Shown here: positions 9,421 to 19,652 of the stretch, piece by piece | Layout: the number at the start of each line of letters is the position of its first letter | Numbering within the stretch: the first letter of the stretch is position 1 | From: Dehalococcoidia bacterium | GTDB taxonomy: Bacteria; Chloroflexota; Dehalococcoidia; Lucifugimonadales; VXLM01 | DNA length: 64,000 bases | NCBI GenBank assembly: GCA_963662435.1 | Contig: OY759598.1 | Coordinates: 1,272,507-1,336,506 of the forward strand | Reading direction: 5' to 3' | The notes under the pieces: generated by a model | What the model saw: the letters and a program-made list of their open reading frames with translations, nothing else | Database searches by the model: none | What the model was told of the DNA's origin: nothing | Translations under genes and position numbers: made by a program

Positions 9421-10506
9421 TCACCCCGTCTTCCGCATTGCGAGTCCGGCCAGCATGTACATGATCACGTACACGACCACCCTGTACGTCACAGCCGACC
9501 CCGGCGGTATGCAGATGAACGACAGCCCCGACAGCCCCCGCTTGCCGATCTCGTGTGCGATGCGGATGATCTCGTAGTCCGTCAGGGCGATGGGCTCCAC
9601 AGCCTCTCCCAGAATGTCCCCTGGGGCCGGACCGGCGCCGCCCATCACGTCCATGTCGAAATGGGCATACACCGTTTCGGTGCCCTGATAGGCCCTGTCG
9701 AGTTCAGCTACCAGCCCCTCTATGCCCAGACTCGTGCGCACCTCCCACGTCGAGATGAACCTCGCCCCGGCTCGCAGGTACTTCCGCACGATCTCCTTCT
9801 TCTCCAGCATCCCCCTCTCGCCGATCTCCACGAGGTGCTCAGGGAGCATGTTGTCGTGGAACTCGTACATCTTCTCCTTCCAGCTGGCGGAACCGGCGAT
9901 GCGCGGGTCTCCCGTGAGGTGGTCGAGCGGCTGAGCGTCCCAGTGCGTATCTAGGCTGATGCACCCCACCAGGCCGTCCGCTCTCTCGGCTATCGGCTTG
10001 GCGATGGCATACGACCCGCAAGGCGAGTTCTGCCCTATCACGACTGGCACGGCACCGGCGTCAAGGGCGTGGCCGACCTTCTCCACCACCGCTGCCTGTG
10101 CGCGGAGTATGGCCTCGGGTGACTGGTCGTCCAAGATTTCCTGCGGTATGTCTGCGTCGCCATAGTCCACGGCCTTGATGTACTCGAAAACGTCGAGGTC
10201 GAAGTCCTGAATATATCCCGACTGGTACCTGATCGACTGCTGACGCACACGTTGTGGAGCGGCGACCCACTCCCGCCGGTCGACACCCGCGTACTTCTCC
10301 GTCTTCGACGCGACATACGGCGCTCCGATGATAACGGCGTCCATGCCTTCGAGCTGCTCCCGCCGTTCCGCGTACGGCAGCCCCAAGAACGTCGGAGTCT
10401 CCGGCGCGATCATGGGAGCCTTCCACTCGCCCCCGAAACTGCCCTTCGTAAACTCATTCCAAGCCGTGACCTGTTCCTCCCATGTGGGATACGTGAGGGT
10501 CGTCAT
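9421..10506 (-). CDS. Arginase/agmatinase (ureohydrolase) family protein with atypical active site
   Basis: TFLGLP, DYGD, LDTHWD and HFDMD motifs. Confidence 0.8.
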   Translation of the reverse strand: MTTLTYPTWEEQVTAWNEFTKGSFGGEWKAPMIAPETPTFLGLPYAERREQLEGMDAVIIGAPYVASKTEKYAGVDRREWVAAPQRVRQQSIRYQSGYIQDFDLDVFEYIKAVDYGDADIPQEILDDQSPEAILRAQAAVVEKVGHALDAGAVPVVIGQNSPCGSYAIAKPIAERADGLVGCISLDTHWDAQPLDHLTGDPRIAGSASWKEKMYEFHDNMLPEHLVEIGERGMLEKKEIVRKYLRAGARFISTWEVRTSLGIEGLVAELDRAYQGTETVYAHFDMDVMGGAGPAPGDILGEAVEPIALTDYEIIRIAHEIGKRGLSGLSFICIPPGSAVTYRVVVYVIMYMLAGLAMRKTG

Positions 10507-10710
10507 TGGAAATCTCCTTACGGTACAAAACTGGGTTGATTATCCCCTACCGGCATCACAGTCGGTAGTCCCCCACCACAGGGTGCACGTGCGCGAAATG
10601 AACGGCAACTCTTCTCAATGGCTGTACGCGCCGGTGGACGAACGGTTGGCACCTCCGAAATGGCGCGACGGGTTGGCGGTCCGAGAAGGTCGGTAGTACA
10701 ATCTTGCCGT

Positions 10711-11115
10711 ATGAATCCTGATCTCGACGTTGAGTGCAAGGTCGTCAAGGCGGACGAGCTGGAGGTGGAGGTCGCGTCGGGCGCGATGACGCGGCTGGCC
10801 GGCGTCTCGCAGGCCCTGGTGGGCGCCGAGGGCATACACCTTGCGGTCGCCACCATTCCGCCCGGTTGCGCTTCCTCGCCTCACTACCACGTAAACTGCG
10901 AGTCCGCAATCTACGTGCTGAAGGGCAAGGGGCGGTTCCTCACCGGAAAGCACCTCGACAACAGCTTGGCGATTGCAACGGGCGACTTCATCTATGTACC
11001 GCCGAATTCAGTACATCAGCCCATCAACGACAGCCTGACGGAGCCAATGGAATTGATCGTAGCACGCAACGCGCCGGTGGAAATCGTCGTCGAGCACGAC
11101 CCCTCCACTGGGTAG
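10711..11115 (+). CDS. Cupin domain protein
   Basis: HYHVNCES and GDFIYVPPNSVHQP cupin motifs. ATG at 10711 lies 8 nt after TACAAT. Confidence 0.85.
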   Translation: MNPDLDVECKVVKADELEVEVASGAMTRLAGVSQALVGAEGIHLAVATIPPGCASSPHYHVNCESAIYVLKGKGRFLTGKHLDNSLAIATGDFIYVPPNSVHQPINDSLTEPMELIVARNAPVEIVVEHDPSTG

Positions 11116-11351
11116 CCCTCTCTAGTCCGGCCCCCAGAGGAGTCTCGCCTCGAGAACGTTATGCGCCATTGGTCCAGAGGGTTTGAGCGCAGTCTCGAAA
11201 AGACTCAAACCTCTGGTTTGAGTCCACGATTCCTCACCCGAATCAACCACACACCCGCAGCCATTCGAATAGCGCCCTCCCTCGTTGCCTTCGCCGAGCG
11301 GTGGTATCATGTCCGCCACCAAAGCTTGAATCAGAGAAAGAGGCTCACGAT

Positions 11352-12158
11352 ATGGGAGACCGTTTACGGGACAAGATTGCAATAGTCACAGGCGCGGGAT
11401 CCGTCGGACCCGGCATTGGCAACGGCAAGGCTGCGGCCATGCTCTTCGCACGGGAGGGCGCGAGCGTCATGCTCGTGGACTACAACCTCGAAGCAGCCGA
11501 GGAGACGAAACGCCTGATAGAAGGCGAAGGCGGATCTTGCTTCACCTCGCAGGCCGACGTGAGCAGTGCCGCGGACTGCAACCGCATCGCCCAGGAGTGC
11601 GTCAACGAGTACGGTCGCATCGACGTACTCCACAACAACGTCGGCATCGAGATCCCCGGCGGCATCCTCGAAGTCACTGAAGACGACTGGGACCGCACCC
11701 TCGACGTGAACCTCAAGAGCATCTTCCTCATGTGCCGGGCCGTCGTGCCCCAAATGATCGATCAGGGAGGCGGCTCCATCGTCAACATCTCCTCCATCAA
11801 CGGCATCCGCACCCTGCCCGCCCTGTCCGGGCCATATGGCGCGTCGAAGCTCGGCATGGTCGCCCTCTCCCGCGAGATCGCCATCGAGTTCGCAGGTCAG
11901 GGAATCAGGTGCAACGCAGTCCTGCCGGGAATGATGCGTACACCATTCGTCGAGGCGTCATTGACGCAGGCATGGGGAGGCGACGTGGAAGAGATGATGC
12001 AAAGTCGCGACGCGATGATCCCCATCGGCAAGCAGGGTGAGTCCTGGAACGTCGCCCACGCCGCGCTCTTCCTCGCCTCTGACGACGCCAAGTACGTCAC
12101 CGGCACTTCGCTGGTGGTCGACGGCGGCCTCACGGGCGGCGTGCGGACGGCATCTTAG
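11352..12158 (+). CDS. SDR family oxidoreductase
   Basis: TGAGS..GIGNG, NNVG, YGASK and VDGG motifs. AGGAGG-like RBS before ATG 11352. Confidence 0.9.
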   Translation: MGDRLRDKIAIVTGAGSVGPGIGNGKAAAMLFAREGASVMLVDYNLEAAEETKRLIEGEGGSCFTSQADVSSAADCNRIAQECVNEYGRIDVLHNNVGIEIPGGILEVTEDDWDRTLDVNLKSIFLMCRAVVPQMIDQGGGSIVNISSINGIRTLPALSGPYGASKLGMVALSREIAIEFAGQGIRCNAVLPGMMRTPFVEASLTQAWGGDVEEMMQSRDAMIPIGKQGESWNVAHAALFLASDDAKYVTGTSLVVDGGLTGGVRTAS

Positions 12159-12208
12159 CACCAAGACCGCGCCCTTAACCTACCCGCCCTCGAAAGGAAT
12201 CTTCAACC

Positions 12209-12928
12209 ATGCGACTCCTCATGATCGGTTGCGAATACGCGGGCAAGCACACCCTCGGCATCGAGATCGACAAATGGTGGTCCGATCTGACGGGACAGGA
12301 GTTCCGTCCTCCGCCCAGCTTCTCCTTCCATGACCACTTCGTGCTTCCCCACGTCGTCCACGCCGAGGGCCACGAGCACCACAAGGAACTCTCCGAGAGC
12401 CAGATGCTCACGCTTAACCCTCACCTGCTGGAGCACTACCAGCGGTACCAGTTCTTCAACAAGCTCACCAAGGGCTACATTATCATGCCAGACCTGTTCC
12501 TCATGGACTGGTACTACGGCGACGCGGTCTACGCTCCCCTCTACTACGGTTACGGCAAGCCTGGCATGTACGCCGACCGGCGAAACATGGCGCGCAGCAT
12601 CGACGCTGAGGTCAACGAGTTCTATCCCGACATGGTCCTGGTGCTGGTCAAGGCCTCACCCGACGCCATTCGGCATCGCATGGCCAACAAGCACGAGACG
12701 CCGTTCCCCGGCCGGCATGAGGCGACCTACTTCAAGGGCGAGGACGCCGAGACTGTGCTGGCCCGTTACGACGAGGAGTTCGAAAAGTCGCTCATTCCGC
12801 GCAAAATCGAGATTGACACGACCGACGCAACGGTCGAGGAGTCTCTAGCCGACTTTGTCAGGCAGATCAAGCCCTTCATCACCAACGACGACTATACGCG
12901 GATAATCGGAAGTCGCGCGATAGGCTAG
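12209..12928 (+). CDS. Hypothetical P-loop / NMP-kinase-like protein
   Basis: N-terminal IGCEYAGKHTL (Walker-A-like) and C-terminal IDTT. Paralogue at 39466-40173. Confidence 0.7.
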   Translation: MRLLMIGCEYAGKHTLGIEIDKWWSDLTGQEFRPPPSFSFHDHFVLPHVVHAEGHEHHKELSESQMLTLNPHLLEHYQRYQFFNKLTKGYIIMPDLFLMDWYYGDAVYAPLYYGYGKPGMYADRRNMARSIDAEVNEFYPDMVLVLVKASPDAIRHRMANKHETPFPGRHEATYFKGEDAETVLARYDEEFEKSLIPRKIEIDTTDATVEESLADFVRQIKPFITNDDYTRIIGSRAIG

Positions 12929-12989
12929 GATTGACGGAATTGGTGACGCCACCGAGGGCGCTCACGAACAAGCTGCTGATGCCAATCTA

Positions 12990-13015
12990 CCGTTCGTCCT
13001 GAGCCTGTCGAAGGA
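12990..13015 (+). repeat. REP-like element, CCTGAGCCTGTCGAAGG family (copy 1 of 3)
   Basis: CCGTTCGTCCTGAGCCTGTCGAAGGA, intergenic. Near-identical copies at 48325 and 60688. Confidence 0.8.
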
Positions 13016-13062
13016 AGGCTCTCCAACGACTCACATCGTCGTGGGATTGTAAAGCGGCCAGG

Positions 13063-13728
13063 TTACACTCCAGCCAAAACGCTCCGCAGCCGCTCGACAC
13101 CCAGCCTCGGACTCGACAGGATGGGAACGACCTTCTCGTCTTCAGAGATAAGATCAGCTACACGGGCCATAGTTGCCTGTGCCAGAACGACGACTTCCAC
13201 ACGGCCCATGAGTTCTTTGAGGTCCTCGATCACAATTCGGTCGTGAGTATCGGTATCGCCCGCGCCGAGAGCTTCGAACGCGCCCTGACACAACACCGTT
13301 TCGATCTGCACCTCTCTACCCTGCGCCGCAGCGCGCGCCCTCACAAGGTCGGACGTGGGAGTCAGAGTTGTATGCAAGGTCGCAATAACCCCAATGCGCT
13401 GCCCCAGTTGGACCGCGCGGTCGGCCATCGCCTCGTCGACCTTGAGAAACGGCACCCCGACGCATTCTTTCACGGTGTCCACGGCGGGGCCAATTGTCGA
13501 GCACGTCAGCAAAACGGCTTCTGCACCGGACGCTTCCGCCGCAGAAGCCAGTGAGGCAAGACGGGAGATTCGCTCATCAGTAAGCTCGCCACCGGCGACG
13601 ATTTCCTTCAGCAGCCCCTCGTCCACGAGGTGAATTATCTCCGTCCCCGGCATCATCTCCTCCGCCAGTTCATCCCACATGGGAATCAGCTTGTCCACCG
13701 TATGGACCATCCCAACCTTTCGCGCCAT
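13063..13728 (-). CDS. Asp/Glu/hydantoin racemase family protein
   Basis: LLTCSTIG, RIGVIAT and VVVLAQATM motifs. Confidence 0.78.
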   Translation of the reverse strand: MARKVGMVHTVDKLIPMWDELAEEMMPGTEIIHLVDEGLLKEIVAGGELTDERISRLASLASAAEASGAEAVLLTCSTIGPAVDTVKECVGVPFLKVDEAMADRAVQLGQRIGVIATLHTTLTPTSDLVRARAAAQGREVQIETVLCQGAFEALGAGDTDTHDRIVIEDLKELMGRVEVVVLAQATMARVADLISEDEKVVPILSSPRLGVERLRSVLAGV

Positions 13729-13751
13729 GTGACCTCCGGTCGCTCGGCGAC

Positions 13752-14582
13752 CTATTTCCTCAACTGCAACGTATAGAGTTCATCGTCGCCCGAATCGACG
13801 ACCCGCGCAACCATTTCCTCGATACCCCAGCGCACGTCGAGGTAGCGTCCGCTCGCGGCGTCCGCCTTCCCCGAGGCGATGTACACCACCCCCTCCGCCG
13901 ACACCTCAGGCTCGATGCGAAGGTCGGTCTCCAGCGCTGACGCCATGGCCTCTGCAGCGGGACGCGGCATGTCCGGCCCGGCCATGTACTCGGTTAACTC
14001 AGTCCGAACCAGTCCGGGCCCGTAGTTGAAGACGGATATGCCATACTCCTGCGTCGCAGCCGCGAGTGAGCGCGTCAAGCTGTACAACGCCGCCTTCGAC
14101 GTGGTATACGCAGAGTTGTATGGAGAAGCGAGGTAGGAGGAGCTTCCGAGTACGTTGACGATTCTCCCCCGTCCACGTCCGATCATTCCCGGAATCACCG
14201 CACGTGACAGCAGGTATGGTCCCCGCACGTTTACCGAGATTACGTACCACCAGCGTTCAGAGTCGTGCTCCCAGTCACGTCCCGGCGGTCCCGATAAGCC
14301 CGCATTGTTGACTAGCAAGTCGATGGGGCCAAAGCACGCTGAAACGTCGTTCACTAGCCGGTCCACGGTCTTGGGATCCGACACATCCGCCGGAAACGCC
14401 CCGGCAGTCCCACCCTTCGCTTGTATCATCCGGACGGTCTCATCGACCTGCTCTTCGGTCCGTGCAGTCACCGCCACTGATGCACCCACCTCCGCCAGCG
14501 CGACGGCAACGGCCCGCCCTATCCCCCGGCCGCCACCTGTTACGAGAGCAACCTGTCCGCTGAGGTCGATTGATTCCGCCAT
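13752..14582 (-). CDS. SDR family oxidoreductase
   Basis: TGGGRGIG, NNAG and YTTSK motifs. Start MAESIDL at 14582. Confidence 0.88.
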   Translation of the reverse strand: MAESIDLSGQVALVTGGGRGIGRAVAVALAEVGASVAVTARTEEQVDETVRMIQAKGGTAGAFPADVSDPKTVDRLVNDVSACFGPIDLLVNNAGLSGPPGRDWEHDSERWWYVISVNVRGPYLLSRAVIPGMIGRGRGRIVNVLGSSSYLASPYNSAYTTSKAALYSLTRSLAAATQEYGISVFNYGPGLVRTELTEYMAGPDMPRPAAEAMASALETDLRIEPEVSAEGVVYIASGKADAASGRYLDVRWGIEEMVARVVDSGDDELYTLQLRK

Positions 14583-14736
14583 TACGCACCTCGAATTCCC
14601 TGCTGTTCCGGATTCCGACTGCCGGATAAGGCAACAGTGTACCAATTAGGCGTCGGGATCCTCACATCATGAATCCGTCCCTACGCCCCATTTGTAGTAC
14701 AATCCGCGACGAACAATCACCCGTGAGGCCAATGAC

Positions 14737-16059
14737 ATGCCAACCATTCTCGAACGGTTCTACAAGACCCATCGGAAGTCAGCGGAGCTCTACTCCGCAG
14801 GCAAGGAGGTCGTCGCGGGCGGCGCCGCTCAGTCGCGCGTCATGTATCCGCACCCCTACTACGTTAAACGCGGAGACGGCGCGGTGAAGTGGGACGTGGA
14901 CGGTAACGAGCTCATAGACTACGTCATCGGCTTCGGTTCCTTAATTCTCGGCAATAACCGCCCTGAGATCACGGAGGCTGTCGAGCGACAGGTGAGGAAC
15001 GGTACTCACATGGGGACGACGATCCCCCACGAAATCCGGTGGGCCGACCTCATTACCGGTCTCATTCCCTCCGCGGAACGCGTGCGCTTCACCGCCAGCG
15101 GTACTGAGGCCACGCTGCTTGCCATCCGTCTCGCGCGCGGATTCACCGGAAAGACCCGCCTCGTCAAGTTCCGGGAACACTATGACGGCTGGCATGACTA
15201 TGTCGCCATCGAGGCCGGCATCACCGCACCCTATGGCGTCCCCAGCGAGACCCGTTCGACCGTCGCCGTAGTCGAGCCGGACCCCGACGCACTCGACGAA
15301 TACCTGACCAATGACACCGACGTAGCCGCCGTCATCATGGAGCCGACGGGGGCCCATTGGGGCCAGTTCCCCGTACAGAACCCCAGCTTCCTCGAGTCGG
15401 TACGAGAGATAACTCAACGGCACGGCGTCCTCATGATCATGGACGAGGTCATCATGGGCTTCCGGGTCTCTCGAGGAGGCGCACAGGGCAAGTACGGCAT
15501 CATGCCCGACCTCTGCTCCATGGCCAAGATCGTTGCGGGTGGACTCCCCGGCGGCGCCGTCGGGGGACGCGCCGACATCTTCGAGCCGATGGGCGACCCT
15601 GATCCCGCCAAGCGTTTCGTGCATCCGGGCACCTTCAACGCCAACCCCGTCTCCGCCGTCGCCGGAATAGCGGCCCTTGAAATCATCGAGTCCGAGCCGA
15701 TCACCGAGATGGCCGACGCTGCCGCCGACCGCCTCAAACACGGTCTTCGCAACGCCCTTACCAAGCAGGAAGTCCCAGGCCACGTCCATGGCGTCTCGTC
15801 CATTGTTCACGTCGCCCTCGGAGTAGAGGGTGAGACCAACGACCAGGACATCTCACAGGTCCCACACGACCAGCTGATGGCGGCCACGTCCGGCAGAAAG
15901 ATCGAGATGCTCAAGCTCGCGATGCTCAACGAGGGTATCGACATGTTCGGCGGCATCGGCTTCATGACCTCCGCCGCCCACACCGACGATCAGGTCGACC
16001 GCACCATCGAGGCCTTCGAGAATTCCCTCGTAGCGCTACGGGATGAGGGGTATATCTGA
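14737..16059 (+). CDS. Class III PLP aminotransferase (glutamate-1-semialdehyde aminomutase-like)
   Basis: WDVDGNELIDY, SGTEA, DEVIMGFR, AKIVAGG and GTFNANP motifs. Confidence 0.88.
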   Translation: MPTILERFYKTHRKSAELYSAGKEVVAGGAAQSRVMYPHPYYVKRGDGAVKWDVDGNELIDYVIGFGSLILGNNRPEITEAVERQVRNGTHMGTTIPHEIRWADLITGLIPSAERVRFTASGTEATLLAIRLARGFTGKTRLVKFREHYDGWHDYVAIEAGITAPYGVPSETRSTVAVVEPDPDALDEYLTNDTDVAAVIMEPTGAHWGQFPVQNPSFLESVREITQRHGVLMIMDEVIMGFRVSRGGAQGKYGIMPDLCSMAKIVAGGLPGGAVGGRADIFEPMGDPDPAKRFVHPGTFNANPVSAVAGIAALEIIESEPITEMADAAADRLKHGLRNALTKQEVPGHVHGVSSIVHVALGVEGETNDQDISQVPHDQLMAATSGRKIEMLKLAMLNEGIDMFGGIGFMTSAAHTDDQVDRTIEAFENSLVALRDEGYI

Positions 16060-16108
16060 TTTCGGTTCACGAGGTCAAGACTTCGCCGCTTGTACGAAGT
16101 AGTCATCG

Positions 16109-18322
16109 TTGTTTGCTGCAAGGAAGCTACCTGTGAGAATAGCCGCAGGCGTAGTCTGTTCCATAGCTCTCACAGCTCTTATCGCGTGCGGCGATGAGGC
16201 TCTCGCTCCCGATATAGAGGCGACTGTCGAAGCGAGGGTCGCCGAAGAGCGGGCGGACGAAGCTGCCAAAGCAGCCGAAATAGAGGCGGGCGTCGCGGCG
16301 ACGATGGTCGCACTCGCACCACCTACGTTCACGCCGACTCCTCTCCCGACAGAGACGCCGACGCTCACACTTACCCCTCTCCCAATAGAAACTCCCATTC
16401 CAACTTCTACCAATACACCGACGGCTATACCATCAACTACTGCCACTCCGCAGCCGACGCTCACTCCCACCAACACGCCTACACTTACCCCGACTCATAC
16501 TCCCACGAACACACCTACACCTGCCGCAACACCAATACCGACGGCCACTCATACTCCGGTTCCAACGAATACGCCTACGCACACGGCAACACCGCCATCA
16601 ACCGCCACTTATACTCCGGTTCCCACGAATACTCCCACACCCGAGCCGTCTATTGCCGATGTGGTAGACCAAGCGAGGAAGAGTGTTGTTCACATCGTTG
16701 GGAGCACCGGCAGCGGATCCGGGTTCGTGGTTGAATCGACCGGCTACATCCTCACGAACGCCCACGTGGTCGAGGGAGAAACTGACCTAACTGTCGTCCT
16801 CGACGGCGGAATCGGAACGCTTGGCAAGGTTGTCATACAGGATCCCGAGCGAGACATCGCGCTCGTGAAAATTGACAGGGGACAGCAACCGGCCCTGCGC
16901 TTTGCAACAGAAAATCCCCGTATTGGTGAGGAGGTAGTTGCCCTCGGCTACCCGTTCGGAACTTCCGGACTGGAGAACATGACAATATCGACCGGAGTAA
17001 TATCGGCCTATCAGTCCTTCGACGGCATCAACCATGTACAGACCGATGCGGCAGTTAACCCCGGCAACAGCGGCGGCCCGCTGCTGGACATGAACGGGCG
17101 AGTTGTGGGAATGAACACGCGTGGCGTTCAGAAGGATATATCAGAGGGTCTCAATTTCGCTATCCACTACAGCGTCTTGTACCAACGCTTGGCGATCATG
17201 ATCGTCGAGGCGACCGCGCCACCTACCCCTACACCGACTCGGACTCCCACACCGACGCCACTGCCAACCCCGGACGCCCTTACCGAAGCGACAAGGAGGA
17301 TTATCGGGGAGTTTGGGCCCATCGACGCCTCCATCGAGCACGACCCCGACGATGGTTTCATCGATGAATATGAAGCTGATGTTTCTATCACGGATGGAAT
17401 TATCGAAGCTCGGTTCTTCAACCCTTACTCGTCGCAGACTGGCAGTTGGGGCAGCGGTTTCCTGTTTCGGTTTGGCACTGGCCGGTTTCATACCGTCTTC
17501 GTTACGCAAGCAGGAAGGTGGCATCATTATCTACGTACGGGAGACGCCGCCAACGATCAACAAGTAGGGAGTGGATTTTCCGCTGCCATAGCAATCGGCG
17601 CATTTGACAGCAATCACATTCGCGTCATCGCCATTGGTGGAGAGGGCATGCTATTCGTGAACGGAAAGTTCGTCACAACCCTCGATTTGAACGGATTGAT
17701 GGATGCCGGACACGTGTCTGCTATCGCAGGCTACTTCGCGGGCGATGGCGTCGCAGGGAAATCTACGCAGTTCGAGGACTTCAGGATTGCGCCGATTCAG
17801 TCAACTCCAAGTTTCGGGCCGACGGACGGCTCAATCGAGCATAAAGATGATGGTTTCATAGATGGACATGAAGCCGATGGTTCTATCACCGATGGGATTA
17901 TCGAAGCTCGATTCTTCAATCCTTACTCGTCGCAGACCGCCAATTGGAGTAACGGTTTTCTGTTCCGATGGGCACCTTCGAATCCTGATAACGCTTTTCA
18001 CACTGTCGTGATTACGCAAGCAGGAAGATGGCATCACTATCTGCGCACGGGTGACATTGCCAACGAACAACAAGTAGGAAGTGGATCTTCTACCGCTATA
18101 GCAACCGGTGAAGACGACAGCAATCACATCCGCATCCTTGCTATCGGAGCGGAAGGTACACTGTTTGTGAACGGGAAGTTTGTCACAATTCTAGACCTCA
18201 GCGGATTGACCGATGCAGGGCGTGCGTTCGCTATCACGGGGTACTTCAATGACAGCGTTGTAGCCGGCAGGTCAACGCAGTTCGAGGACTTCCAGATCAG
18301 GCCAATCACAAGTCCTCAGTAG
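16109..18322 (+). CDS. Lipoprotein: Pro/Thr linker, trypsin-like (HtrA-type) serine protease, two tandem C-terminal beta domains
   Basis: Lipobox LIAC, TPTPT repeats, GSGF, TNAHVV, DIAL and NPGNSGGP. Duplicated ~160-aa domain. Confidence 0.85.
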   Translation: MFAARKLPVRIAAGVVCSIALTALIACGDEALAPDIEATVEARVAEERADEAAKAAEIEAGVAATMVALAPPTFTPTPLPTETPTLTLTPLPIETPIPTSTNTPTAIPSTTATPQPTLTPTNTPTLTPTHTPTNTPTPAATPIPTATHTPVPTNTPTHTATPPSTATYTPVPTNTPTPEPSIADVVDQARKSVVHIVGSTGSGSGFVVESTGYILTNAHVVEGETDLTVVLDGGIGTLGKVVIQDPERDIALVKIDRGQQPALRFATENPRIGEEVVALGYPFGTSGLENMTISTGVISAYQSFDGINHVQTDAAVNPGNSGGPLLDMNGRVVGMNTRGVQKDISEGLNFAIHYSVLYQRLAIMIVEATAPPTPTPTRTPTPTPLPTPDALTEATRRIIGEFGPIDASIEHDPDDGFIDEYEADVSITDGIIEARFFNPYSSQTGSWGSGFLFRFGTGRFHTVFVTQAGRWHHYLRTGDAANDQQVGSGFSAAIAIGAFDSNHIRVIAIGGEGMLFVNGKFVTTLDLNGLMDAGHVSAIAGYFAGDGVAGKSTQFEDFRIAPIQSTPSFGPTDGSIEHKDDGFIDGHEADGSITDGIIEARFFNPYSSQTANWSNGFLFRWAPSNPDNAFHTVVITQAGRWHHYLRTGDIANEQQVGSGSSTAIATGEDDSNHIRILAIGAEGTLFVNGKFVTILDLSGLTDAGRAFAITGYFNDSVVAGRSTQFEDFQIRPITSPQ
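17312..18307 (+). repeat. Tandem intragenic domain duplication (about 17312-17797 and 17813-18307)
   Basis: Both copies read [36 protein letters not shown]...[13 protein letters not shown]...STQFEDF.I.PI. Confidence 0.9.
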
Positions 18323-18404
18323 CCGGATCCACACAGTTTTCAAACCAATCGAACTCAATTCACGGCGACCAAGTCGGTAAACTTATTTCTAGGAGGACTA
18401 AAAA

Positions 18405-18692
18405 ATGCCGAACGATCTCAAAGTCACGGTGGAAGAGCTTGCGCATGGCACTGTAGGCTCGGGAGATAGAATGATCGCGCACGCTGCTTTCCATGTTCAG
18501 TGGCCGGGTGGTTCTTTCATCATCAAAGGAGAATCCACTTACTCTCCGCCGTATCGGGCCAAGCAAGAAGTTGCAGAATTAGTTTGGGATGCAATATCAC
18601 CTAACTTCCGTATGGTCGCTGACGAGCTACGAAGGGTAGAACCCGATTGGAACTCGCTGGATAGAATCGCCGTAACTACAGGCAGCTTTTAG
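18405..18692 (+). CDS. Hypothetical protein in a repeat-bounded, lower-GC insert
   Basis: Strong AGGAGG RBS before the ATG; 95 aa. Confidence 0.65.
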   Translation: MPNDLKVTVEELAHGTVGSGDRMIAHAAFHVQWPGGSFIIKGESTYSPPYRAKQEVAELVWDAISPNFRMVADELRRVEPDWNSLDRIAVTTGSF

Positions 18693-18744
18693 CAACTCAA
18701 TTCTAGGACTTCCAGATCAGGTCGATTCGGTAGGACGAGAAGCT

Positions 18745-19611
18745 ATGACCAACCCCCTCGATGCTATCACCCGGCTCAAAGAACAACTCGACGCTCAGCG
18801 TCCCCTCCCGCCGGACGTGCTCGGCCAGGTTGAGCAAAAGCTCAGGCTTGAGGCGAATTACAACTCGAACGCCATCGAAGGCAACACGCTCACCTACGGC
18901 GAGACCCGCAGTCTCATCCTGCATGGGCTGACAGCGCAGGGTAAGCCCTTACGCGATCACCTGGACATCGAGGGGCACAACTCTGCCGTCAAAGCAATCG
19001 ATGATGCGATCTCTGACTACCGAGAACTCAACGAGGTCTTCATCCGCAATCTCCACCGCATCCTCCTGAAGGAACCCTACGAGAAGGAGGCGGAAACTCC
19101 CGACGGCCAGCGAGTTACACGAACAATTGCGATCGGCGACTACAAGACTACGCCCAACAACGTAACGACATCGACGGGCGAGACCTACTACTTCACCCCT
19201 CCCGAACAGGTGAAGTCGGCCATGGGCGACCTCATCGACTGGTACAGGGCCAACGAGCGCGAGGGCGAGCACCTCATCATCATCGCCGCAACCTTCCACT
19301 ACCGCTTCCTGCGCATCCACCCCTTTGACGACGGCAACGGCCGCATGGCCCGGTTGCTGATGAATATGATCCTCATCAAGCACGGCTACACGGTATCGCT
19401 CATTCGCCACGACGACCGGGATGGGTACCTTGGTCAACTTGAAAAGGCTGACAAGACGGAAGACCTGACCGAGTTCATCAACTACATTGCAAACTCATGC
19501 GAGTACTCACTCAACCTTCATTTGAGAGCCGCCCGCGGAGAGTCCATAGAAGCCATGGACGACATAGACAAAGAGATCGCGCTCTTCAAGAGAGCATCAC
19601 GAGAGCATTGA
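18745..19611 (+). CDS. Fic family protein (AMPylase fold)
   Basis: SNAIEGN inhibitory-helix motif and HPFDDGNGRMAR. Confidence 0.92.
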   Translation: MTNPLDAITRLKEQLDAQRPLPPDVLGQVEQKLRLEANYNSNAIEGNTLTYGETRSLILHGLTAQGKPLRDHLDIEGHNSAVKAIDDAISDYRELNEVFIRNLHRILLKEPYEKEAETPDGQRVTRTIAIGDYKTTPNNVTTSTGETYYFTPPEQVKSAMGDLIDWYRANEREGEHLIIIAATFHYRFLRIHPFDDGNGRMARLLMNMILIKHGYTVSLIRHDDRDGYLGQLEKADKTEDLTEFINYIANSCEYSLNLHLRAARGESIEAMDDIDKEIALFKRASREH

Positions 19612-19652
19612 CCCCGAATATGGACGCGAGAACGCACTCCGGAGGACCCACC

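Noticed and set aside
16318..16645. Tandem DNA repeat or diversity-generating region
   Set aside because: It is a degenerate Pro/Thr coding linker. The duplicated C-terminal domains differ at all base types and no reverse transcriptase is present, so it is not a DGR.
19497..19652. Overlap or fusion of the Fic gene with the glycoside-hydrolase-like ORF
   Set aside because: A better start with GGAGG at 19653 removes the overlap.
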